Of a DNA stretch of 27,727 nucleotides, positions 1 through 7,043 are shown piece after piece. Source of the DNA: a virus (taxonomy: Duplodnaviria > Caudoviricetes). The translations under genes were made by a program, and so were the position numbers. The notes under the pieces were generated by a model, which saw only the letters and a program-made list of their open reading frames with translations, had not been told where the DNA came from and did no database searches. The stretch covers positions 1 to 27,727 of IMG/VR virus record IMGVR_UViG_3300008448_000485; one strand, given 5' to 3'. The first letter of the stretch is position 1, and each line of letters starts with the position of its first letter.

Positions 1-206
1 CAAATGACAACACAGTCGTAAACCAAGGCGATACTCTGTGGCGAATCGTCACTGTGAACTGCAGTGGAAACCTCAGGTCAGCCGTTGACGACCATGTTGA
101 GTTCTACGGAAGCGACATTGAGGTTGGACAGGAAATTGTTCTGAAGCAGAACCAAGACTGCGAATTGCGTCGTACTGACGGCGGTCAAGTAATGATGGAG
201 TGCTAA
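1..206 (+). CDS. LysM-domain protein, 5'-truncated by window edge (not in ORF track)
   Basis: Frame from nt 3 reads NDNTVVNQGDTLWRIVTVNCSGNLRSAVDDHVEFYGSDIEVGQEIVL...; V-x-x-GDTLW-x-I and I-x-VGQ-x-I-x-L are LysM signatures; TAA at 204-206 overlaps next ATG (TAATG). Confidence 0.8.
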   Translation, partial: NDNTVVNQGDTLWRIVTVNCSGNLRSAVDDHVEFYGSDIEVGQEIVLKQNQDCELRRTDGGQVMMEC

Positions 207-916
207 TGAAACGACTATCGCTATTACTCATTCCAGCCCTATTGGCACTCGCAACACCAGCGTCAGCAGATGTGTGCGTATCCCCGACTGAGTCAGCCCC
301 GACTGGTCCAGTTCGTGTCTACATCATTGACACAGAAGTTGGAACTCAAGCATTTGAACGACTAGAGGTCTACTCAAACGGTGGTCACTCAACCCTCGGC
401 AGAGCAGTCAGCCAAGCAGAAAACTGGCTCGGTAACTGCACTTACGCAGGTGTGGGAATCGGCGTTGGAAGTGGTGGAAACGGCTACAGACCGAATATCA
501 CATTGTGGTTTTACTCAAACAGACTTGACGCAACTCAAGCCCGTGCAACGGTGATGTCACTAATCGGGGCCGCCGCGGTCCCAGTAGTCACCAACGGTGA
601 TTGCGCTATCTCTTGTGATGGTTCATTCAATAGAACAAATGAGACGACCACGACAATCGCTACTACTACGACTGTGATTCCAACGACTACTACAACTATT
701 CCTGTTGTTGTTGCTCAGCCGTCCGCCGCCGCGGTAGCCCCGACTCCGACGACAACCACAACGACCATTGCTGTCGTGAGTGCAAGTGGCAGAATCGCCT
801 CAGTTGCGCCAACCAGTAAAGTAGTCACTAGATACAGGTGGGTGAAACGCAATGGGAAGTGGAAGCGTGTCGCATACCGAGTTCGTGTACTTGCAATTAC
901 AACTAATAACGGATAG
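206..916 (+). CDS. Secreted protein with Thr/Pro-rich linker and basic C-terminal tail
   Basis: Signal peptide MKRLSLLLIPALLALATPASA; poly-Thr runs; tail RYRWVKRNGKWKRVAYRVRV; start at 206 chosen from TAATG coupling. Confidence 0.7.
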   Translation: MKRLSLLLIPALLALATPASADVCVSPTESAPTGPVRVYIIDTEVGTQAFERLEVYSNGGHSTLGRAVSQAENWLGNCTYAGVGIGVGSGGNGYRPNITLWFYSNRLDATQARATVMSLIGAAAVPVVTNGDCAISCDGSFNRTNETTTTIATTTTVIPTTTTTIPVVVAQPSAAAVAPTPTTTTTTIAVVSASGRIASVAPTSKVVTRYRWVKRNGKWKRVAYRVRVLAITTNNG

Positions 917-925
917 GATAAACAC
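906..925 (+). promoter_or_regulatory. Leaderless promoter motif, copy 1 (ATAACGGA-TAGGAT-6 nt-ATG)
   Basis: TANNNT at 914-919, 6 nt before ATG 926; same motif at 1287 and 2230. Confidence 0.65.
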
Positions 926-1204
926 ATGACAGATAAACCGAGATACAAGGGTGACATTGTGCAAGCAAGCGTCATTATCAAACCAATGGACCTGTACGGC
1001 GTCCGCACAGAGTGGGCAGTCCGTTTTCATATCCAATCGCCAACTGGGGACTCATCTGATTTCCTTGAGATGGATATTCCAGCCGTAAGCAAGAGCCAAG
1101 CATGCGCAATCGCAGACCGCTATAACACGGTGTCTGCGCCCGAAATGGTTGGATATTGGGAGCGGGACATGTCAGAGTTTGACAGCGTACGCCAAACTGC
1201 TTGA
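926..1204 (+). CDS. Hypothetical protein
   Basis: 92-aa ORF in gene-dense strand, preceded by leaderless motif. Confidence 0.7.
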   Translation: MTDKPRYKGDIVQASVIIKPMDLYGVRTEWAVRFHIQSPTGDSSDFLEMDIPAVSKSQACAIADRYNTVSAPEMVGYWERDMSEFDSVRQTA

Positions 1205-1216
1205 TAAACTCGTAAA

Positions 1217-1283
1217 GCAAGCCACAACCTGAGTTAGCGGTTTTCCCCTCCTTTGTACCGTTAGCCCTAGGTTGTGGTTTTGC
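1217..1283 (+). other. Long intergenic hairpin with an anti-Shine-Dalgarno-like loop (CCCCTCCTTT)
   Basis: GCAAGCCACAACCT pairs with AGGTTGTGGTTTTGC; inner GTTAGCGGT pairs with ACCGTTAGC using G-U pairs; loop contains CCTCCTTT at 1247-1254. Confidence 0.6.
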
Positions 1284-1286
1284 ACT

Positions 1287-1306
1287 ATAACGGGTAAGGT
1301 AGACCC
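1287..1306 (+). promoter_or_regulatory. Leaderless promoter motif, copy 2 (ATAACGGG-TAAGGT-6 nt-ATG)
   Basis: TAAGGT 1295-1300, 6 nt before ATG 1307. Confidence 0.7.
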
Positions 1307-2233
1307 ATGAATATCTACCATAACGATAAGTACAACGGAACAGAAGTGGACTTTGAGACATTTCAGAAGTCTCGGTTCATTGCTGACGCAATTCGTGCAA
1401 ACCTCATTTCTCCTTACGACTTACAAGACCCAAAGTCAATGACGCCTATGGCGCATGTATGGGTAAAGAACAACATCACACCCGATTACTACAATGCGCT
1501 CATGACTGGCACGCCGTCATACTTGGCTTCATCAAACGGATTCCCTTGGGACGAGGGATTTATGCCAATGGTAATCAACTCAACTGCGGGCATTATGCAG
1601 GCAGTGGTAGATGTCGTCTCCGAAGGTGGGGTATCCGTGTCATTGTCTTGCGGAATGCATCACGCGGGGCCTGGAATGGGCGAAGGTTATTGCACTGTTA
1701 ATTCATTGGCTATCGGCGCAATCTTTGCTAGTCAAGAGTTCAAGCGCAAAGTTACAGTTCTTGACTTGGACGCTCATTGTGGCGGTGGAACATACAAGTA
1801 CATCTTGCAAGAGCGTGGCTTCCGTAGGAACTTGATAAATCAAGTAGATGTGTCTACATCTCCGTTTGACACCTACAGACCGACAAGCAAGAATGACTAC
1901 TTGGATATTGTCACCTCTTCACACGGCAAAGCACCACAAGCCGAAAAGGACAGGCAGTACTTGGACGCAGTAGAAAAGGCATTGGAACACATTGCCTCGG
2001 ATACCGAAATCGTTTTCTACAACGCAGGCGTAGACATCTACCCAGCAATATCTCCATCATGCGTGAAAGCCCGTGAGGAAATGGTTGCAGAAGCATTGCG
2101 TGACAAGCCAACGGTAATCGTCATGGCAGGCGGTTACGGAACAATGGAAGAAATCGTCCCACTCCACATGGCTACCTTGAGTTCATTCGCACGGCGGGAC
2201 TCCATGGCGCCATGTTCGGTTTTGGGGCAATAA
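1307..2233 (+). CDS. Zn-dependent deacetylase, histone deacetylase/AcuC/acetylpolyamine amidohydrolase family
   Basis: Motifs GMHHA, GYCTVN, VLDLDAHCGGGT, YNAGVD, GGY in canonical order. Confidence 0.9.
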   Translation: MNIYHNDKYNGTEVDFETFQKSRFIADAIRANLISPYDLQDPKSMTPMAHVWVKNNITPDYYNALMTGTPSYLASSNGFPWDEGFMPMVINSTAGIMQAVVDVVSEGGVSVSLSCGMHHAGPGMGEGYCTVNSLAIGAIFASQEFKRKVTVLDLDAHCGGGTYKYILQERGFRRNLINQVDVSTSPFDTYRPTSKNDYLDIVTSSHGKAPQAEKDRQYLDAVEKALEHIASDTEIVFYNAGVDIYPAISPSCVKAREEMVAEALRDKPTVIVMAGGYGTMEEIVPLHMATLSSFARRDSMAPCSVLGQ

Positions 2234-2249
2234 CGGGTAAGGTATACAC
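2230..2249 (+). promoter_or_regulatory. Leaderless promoter motif, copy 3 (ATAACGGG-TAAGGT-6 nt-ATG)
   Basis: 15 nt identical to copy 2; TAAGGT 2238-2243, ATG 2250. Confidence 0.7.
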
Positions 2250-2492
2250 ATGACACCAAACGAAGCACAACTCAAAGTACGACAAACATTGCACGACTCA
2301 ATGGTCATGCTGACGGCAGAAGACGAAGCGAATCCAACCGCAGAAGAATTACGAGACGCAGAAGAGTTTGCTGACTTCGTAGTTGCTGTTCTTGGAATCA
2401 GAGTAACTGAAGTCGGAACAGACGGAACATTTATGGCGAGACTTAGTCCTCGTGATAATCAGTTGAGTGCTGTTCCTTTCTCCCAACAGTAG
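2250..2492 (+). CDS. Hypothetical protein
   Basis: 80-aa acidic ORF with leaderless motif. Confidence 0.7.
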   Translation: MTPNEAQLKVRQTLHDSMVMLTAEDEANPTAEELRDAEEFADFVVAVLGIRVTEVGTDGTFMARLSPRDNQLSAVPFSQQ

Positions 2493-2550
2493 TTGCGACG
2501 CGGGGGTCCCGCTGCTAGGCTGAGGGTTCACGCATAACTAAGGAGACGAT

Positions 2551-3003
2551 ATGTCAACAGCAAACCTGACCATTTCGGGTAATGTCACACAAGACCCCGA
2601 ACTCACTTTCACAGCCTCTGGAGTTGCCCGTTTGGCATTTTCAGTTGCAGTGAACTACAACTACACCGACCAGTCTGGTGAAAAGCAGGAGAAAGTTTCC
2701 TTCTTCAATGTGACTGCATGGCGTTACCTCGCAGAAAACTCGGCAAAGGTTCTTGAAAAGGGAATTGGAGTCGTAGTGACGGGGCGTCTGGAGCAGCGCA
2801 CATACGAAAAAGACGGCGAAAAGAAATCAGCAGTTGATTTGATTGCAGACGAAATTGGTATTGCAACTCGCTCAATTGAGGGGGTTACTCGTCGTCAGGC
2901 TCAGGCTGGTGGGCAAAAGAGTGCACCACGCCCACAGAACTCGGCTTCACCACGAACCCGTCCTGCAGTGGCAACGGGCAACGAAGTAGACGAACCATTC
3001 TGA
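2551..3003 (+). CDS. ssb: Single-stranded DNA-binding protein
   Basis: ISGNVTQDPELTFTASG, AWRYLAEN, VVVTGRLEQR, acidic C-terminus DEPF; SD AAGGAG upstream. Confidence 0.95.
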   Translation: MSTANLTISGNVTQDPELTFTASGVARLAFSVAVNYNYTDQSGEKQEKVSFFNVTAWRYLAENSAKVLEKGIGVVVTGRLEQRTYEKDGEKKSAVDLIADEIGIATRSIEGVTRRQAQAGGQKSAPRPQNSASPRTRPAVATGNEVDEPF

Positions 3004-3017
3004 TTTAATCAGTAATT

Positions 3018-3068
3018 AAAAATCCCCCTGTTAATTTGCTACGGGATAGCAAGACAGGGGGTTTTTTT
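3018..3068 (+). terminator. Intrinsic terminator (potentially bidirectional)
   Basis: AAAAATCCCCCTGT...ACAGGGGGTTTTTTT with inner TTGCTA/TAGCAA stem, directly after ssb. Confidence 0.85.
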
Positions 3069-3094
3069 ATTTATATGTGTAATAGTATCCGTTA

Positions 3095-3514
3095 TTGAGA
3101 ACTATGACAACCGAACATCGCAAAGCCCCTCGCCGCAGGATAAAAGAAATCCGTAAAGTCGGCACATGGGGAAAAGTTATGTACGAACACATACTTGAGT
3201 GTGGTCATACTGAAACAAGAAATCGCAAAGCAACAGTTCCAAAGATTGCTTGTGCTTGGTGTTTGAGAACAAGTGCAAAAGAAATAGAAATTAGGGCCCT
3301 GGCGAACCCAGCCCCGATGCCCGACGACTACGACTCGCAGTTGCTGAAGTCGGAAACAGAGATTGACAGAGTGCGAGCAAAACTCTCACATGAGTTTCGT
3401 GTCCCACTTGAACAGGTTGATGTCACGGCTGTAGATGTCACAGGAAAGTTACAAATAAGTGGAGCAGTCATTTGGTTATCGGGTGCAGAAGTGCGTAGGA
3501 TAGCCGACAACTAA
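3095..3514 (+). CDS. Hypothetical protein with probable Zn-binding motif
   Basis: LECGH...CAWC; TAGTAT at 3083-3088 is 6 nt before TTG 3095 (ATG 3104 is an alternative start). Confidence 0.7.
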   Translation: MRTMTTEHRKAPRRRIKEIRKVGTWGKVMYEHILECGHTETRNRKATVPKIACAWCLRTSAKEIEIRALANPAPMPDDYDSQLLKSETEIDRVRAKLSHEFRVPLEQVDVTAVDVTGKLQISGAVIWLSGAEVRRIADN

Positions 3515-3535
3515 TTGCGACCACAAGGGGGACTT

Positions 3536-4162
3536 ATGCCTGATACAGATTTGCCAGCGGGACTGTCGCGGCGGAAAGTCTTCTCGGATGAAGAGAAGCA
3601 ATTGATTGACAAGTATCGTGCGGAAAAAACGCAGATTGAAGTTATTGCGACATTGATGGGATGTGGCAAAGAACGGATTCGTCGCTACCTCAAAGACGAA
3701 AAAGGCGAGACACTAAAGGGCGATTACCACAAGACGAGGATTGCGTATCAAGCGAGAAATGTAGATATCAACTATCCTGATTTCTCAAACGCCTCTTGCA
3801 AAGAACATGATGGAAGCCTCTGGTTTCCTCGTAATCTTCCAGATATGAACGGGGCTCAGCGCGCGGCCGAATACGAACGCATCGCTCAAGCCATCAGCAT
3901 TTGCAATTCATGCCCAATCCAACTAAAGTGTCTTGAGTACGCATTGCACGCAGAACCATTTGGTATTTGGGGTGGTGCTTCAGAAGCAGAGCGGGTTTAC
4001 TTGCGTGCACGACACAACATTGAGTGCTTGCGTGAGGGCAAAGTATTCATCAACGGCATTGGTCGCAGGAATTCACAAACATCAATGATTCTTCGTGAGT
4101 CCTATGCAAAGCGATTCCTCAAATCAGAGGCAGTTCGTAAGTACATAGAGATGGCTTCGTGA
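3536..4162 (+). CDS. whiB: WhiB-family Fe-S transcription factor with N-terminal HTH-like extension
   Basis: ASCKEHDGSLWFP...ICNSCPIQLKCLEYAL...FGIWGG..E.ER = four Cys plus G[IV]WGG turn; AGGGGG SD-like before ATG 3536. Confidence 0.9.
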   Translation: MPDTDLPAGLSRRKVFSDEEKQLIDKYRAEKTQIEVIATLMGCGKERIRRYLKDEKGETLKGDYHKTRIAYQARNVDINYPDFSNASCKEHDGSLWFPRNLPDMNGAQRAAEYERIAQAISICNSCPIQLKCLEYALHAEPFGIWGGASEAERVYLRARHNIECLREGKVFINGIGRRNSQTSMILRESYAKRFLKSEAVRKYIEMAS

Positions 4163-5862
4163 ACCAAATTTCCCCCCAACTGGACAATGTCCTATCCCGC
4201 TTGCAGGGAGTAGTCCGTGTCGGTGACGGTTTCCAAGCGAAGTGCCCGTGCAGGAACGACGACGAGAACCCATCATTCTCTGTATCAGAGGGAGAGAGTG
4301 GAAAAGTCGTTATGTACTGCCACGCAGGTCGTTGCGACACAGCAAAGGCATGTGAGAGTATGGGTATCTCTATGGCAGACCTCTATCCACCTAAAAAGAA
4401 AGAGGAACTGAAACTAGTTGCCACATACAGGTATCTTGATGCGAACGGGACTCTCCTGTTTGAGAAACTCAGGTACATTAATGAGCGAGGCGAAAAGACA
4501 TTTCGTCAACGCAAACGAGATGGAAGTGGTTGGTCATACAAACTAGGTGACACCCCTCGGGTACTGTACAACTTGCCAATGGTTGTCAAAGCAGTAGCCA
4601 ACGGCGAACCGATTTGGGTAGTAGAGGGAGAAAAAGATGCAGACACTCTCATCAAAATGGGTATATGTGCTACGACTATGCCCAATGGGGCGGGTACATG
4701 GTTGCCAATACATACAGAAGTTCTCGCTGGAGCGACGGTGGACATTGTCGCCGACAAAGACGCAGCAGGAACAAAGCACGCAGAGTCAGTTTACGAAGAA
4801 CTAAAGGAGGCTGGTTGCGATGTTCAAGTATGGACTTGCACCCGTGGTAAAGACATTACGGACCATCTTGGTGCTGGTGGGTCTATCAACGATTTGGTTG
4901 CTTATCAAGCGAGTGATGTGGTTGAAGAATCACCCGAACGACTGGAAGAGGAAGCCCCGACCCCAGAGTCAGGTGCGCTTACAGCAATCACCGAGTTATT
5001 ACAGCGTTCCGACATTTCAGATACACAGAAACTTCTCAAAGCGGAATTATTAATTGCGAGGACTTCATCAACCAAGCCGATAGACACTGGTCGTCTTGTT
5101 GCGTGGAGCGAATTCGTAAATGAATCAGATGACGATTCATACGACTGGGTAATCCCAGGATTATTAGAGCGTGGGGAGCGAGTAATTGTTGTAGCAGCGG
5201 AAGGCGTTGGTAAAACAATGCTTGCGCGACAGGTGGCGATTTGTTCTGGTGCTGGTGTGCACCCGTTCACATACCAGCCGATGAAGCCAGTGACCACACT
5301 TACTGTTGACTTGGAAAACCCTGAACGAATCATTCGTAGAACTTCTCGTTCTATTTACGGGGCTGCGGCCGCTGTGTCCCACACCAAGAATCATCAGTCT
5401 CATCTACTCGTCAAACCACAAGGTCTTGACCTATTGCGCTTGGACGATAGGGCTGTTCTTGAGGAGCACTTGGAGAATATTCAACCCGACATTTTGATTA
5501 TGGGTCCTTTGTACAAGGCGTTCCTTGACCCAGGCGGTCGTACATCTGAAGCAGTAGCCATTGAAGTTGCACGGTATTTAGACACGATTCGTGATGTATT
5601 CAAGTGCGCGCTTTGGCTGGAACACCACGCTCCGCTTGGAACATCTATGACTTCACGAGAACTGCGCCCGTTCGGCTCAGCCGTGTGGTCCCGCTGGCCC
5701 GAGTTCGGTGTCTCCTTGCAACCCGACATGACTGGAATGCCATATCACTACGATGTGCGACACTTTAGAGGTGCTCGTGACGAACGCCAATGGCCTACTA
5801 GAATAAAGAGAGGGAAACGATTCCCTTTTGAGGTCGTGGAGTTTGCAAACCATTCATTATGA
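4159..5862 (+). CDS. DNA primase-helicase (Zn-binding + TOPRIM + RecA-like AAA_25-type helicase)
   Basis: CPC..D..PS...CHAG.C; VVEGEKDAD and DxD of TOPRIM; Walker A AAEGVGKT; LEHH, RPFGS; GTGA overlap with whiB. Confidence 0.92.
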   Translation: MNQISPQLDNVLSRLQGVVRVGDGFQAKCPCRNDDENPSFSVSEGESGKVVMYCHAGRCDTAKACESMGISMADLYPPKKKEELKLVATYRYLDANGTLLFEKLRYINERGEKTFRQRKRDGSGWSYKLGDTPRVLYNLPMVVKAVANGEPIWVVEGEKDADTLIKMGICATTMPNGAGTWLPIHTEVLAGATVDIVADKDAAGTKHAESVYEELKEAGCDVQVWTCTRGKDITDHLGAGGSINDLVAYQASDVVEESPERLEEEAPTPESGALTAITELLQRSDISDTQKLLKAELLIARTSSTKPIDTGRLVAWSEFVNESDDDSYDWVIPGLLERGERVIVVAAEGVGKTMLARQVAICSGAGVHPFTYQPMKPVTTLTVDLENPERIIRRTSRSIYGAAAAVSHTKNHQSHLLVKPQGLDLLRLDDRAVLEEHLENIQPDILIMGPLYKAFLDPGGRTSEAVAIEVARYLDTIRDVFKCALWLEHHAPLGTSMTSRELRPFGSAVWSRWPEFGVSLQPDMTGMPYHYDVRHFRGARDERQWPTRIKRGKRFPFEVVEFANHSL

Positions 5863-6530
5863 GCGATAAGCCGATACTTAGCAAAGAGTTTCTTGCAGAA
5901 AGAGATGCGCGCATTTTCAAGATGCGTCAAGCAGGCGTTTCTGTATCCGAAATCTCCCGTCGCTTCAATGTATCCACAAGAATCGTGGGTTCAGCAATAA
6001 GCCGTCAGTTGGAGAAACTCAACCGAGAGACAGCACTTGCGTATCCAGAGGTTCTAAGAATGGAGTTGGAGCGTCTAGACGGATTGCAAGCCGCTATTTG
6101 GCCCCTTACGCAACATCGCAAAGAGACACAAGATGACGGGACTGAGGTCCAGTTCCAACCCGACATGAAAGCCGTGCAACAGGTTTTATCTATTATGGAT
6201 AGGCGTTCAAAGTTGCTTGGTATGGAACAGAACAATGTGAATGTCAACATGGACATCACGCAGGTTGGTCAAACACCTATCCGTGCGACACTTGCTGGGC
6301 AAGAAGGCATGCAAAAGAGCATTTCTGCATTTGACCCAGAGTCGGAAGCACGCGCACTCCTTACTCTCATGGGTGCATCTGGTGTATTACCAGCCGATAC
6401 TGTCTCCAAAATGCTAGGTGAAGGCACTATTGTTGACGCAGAGGTGATAGAAGATGAGCGAGATGGAAACGAATCCAGAAGAGATGGACAACTTGAAATC
6501 GGCGATGGACAAAGTAGCCGAGACGATTGA
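5859..6530 (+). CDS. HTH DNA-binding protein, terminase small subunit-like
   Basis: N-terminal HTH (RQAGVSVSEISRRFNVS), then ELERLDGLQAAIWP...IMDRRSKLLG pattern typical of actinophage TerS-like proteins. Confidence 0.6.
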   Translation: MSDKPILSKEFLAERDARIFKMRQAGVSVSEISRRFNVSTRIVGSAISRQLEKLNRETALAYPEVLRMELERLDGLQAAIWPLTQHRKETQDDGTEVQFQPDMKAVQQVLSIMDRRSKLLGMEQNNVNVNMDITQVGQTPIRATLAGQEGMQKSISAFDPESEARALLTLMGASGVLPADTVSKMLGEGTIVDAEVIEDERDGNESRRDGQLEIGDGQSSRDD

Positions 6531-6783
6531 ACCAACAGTCTCCAGTATTATCAAGGAAGACGACGGCCCCGCCAGCGACCAAGTACTGATTCGTACAACC
6601 AAGGCTGAGAAGGCTCGTTGGAAGAAGGCAGCGGACACGCTTGGTATTCCAATGTCTCAATTCTTTAGGGAAGTAATCAATGCGCGCGCGGAAGAACTAA
6701 TTGGTTGCACGCACCCGATGAACATGCGTAGATTTTACCCGTGGGCTCAATTCTGCAATAAGTGTAATACACGCCTCAAGTAG
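6454..6783 (+). CDS. Ribbon-helix-helix DNA-binding protein with C-terminal Cys/His motif
   Basis: QVLIRTTKAEKARWKKAADTLGIPMSQFFREVI; CTH...CNKC. Confidence 0.6.
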   Translation: MSEMETNPEEMDNLKSAMDKVAETIEPTVSSIIKEDDGPASDQVLIRTTKAEKARWKKAADTLGIPMSQFFREVINARAEELIGCTHPMNMRRFYPWAQFCNKCNTRLK

Positions 6784-6785
6784 AG

Positions 6786-7043
6786 TTACTTGCGAGGGGC
6801 GAAGTAGTCCTTTTCGTCTTCATCTTCGTTATCGCGGAAGTAAAGAAAGAACGCTGTAACAGGGTTTTTATGTGAGCGAAGCCAGTAGATGCGCGCTTCT
6901 TCAATATATTTCTTGTACTTCTTCTTTGCTTCTTCCAATTCGTACTGGTCAAGTAGTGCTATGTACTTGTCAGACATGCTCTTTTTAGTCAGGGGTGGGT
7001 AGTTGGACAACTCACGGTAGTAGTCATAAATCTTTTGACTCAT
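6786..7043 (-). CDS. Hypothetical protein
   Basis: 85 aa, ATGA overlap with stop of the giant ORF. Confidence 0.7.
   Translation of the reverse strand: MSQKIYDYYRELSNYPPLTKKSMSDKYIALLDQYELEEAKKKYKKYIEEARIYWLRSHKNPVTAFFLYFRDNEDEDEKDYFAPRK

Noticed and set aside
640-770. ACN-rich quasi-repeats
   Set aside because: Explained by poly-Thr coding
5485-5520. Helicase Walker B region reading ILIMGPLYK (no Asp) as an inactivating change
   Set aside because: I recall GPLYK as a normal variant in actinophage AAA_25-type helicases; other motifs are intact
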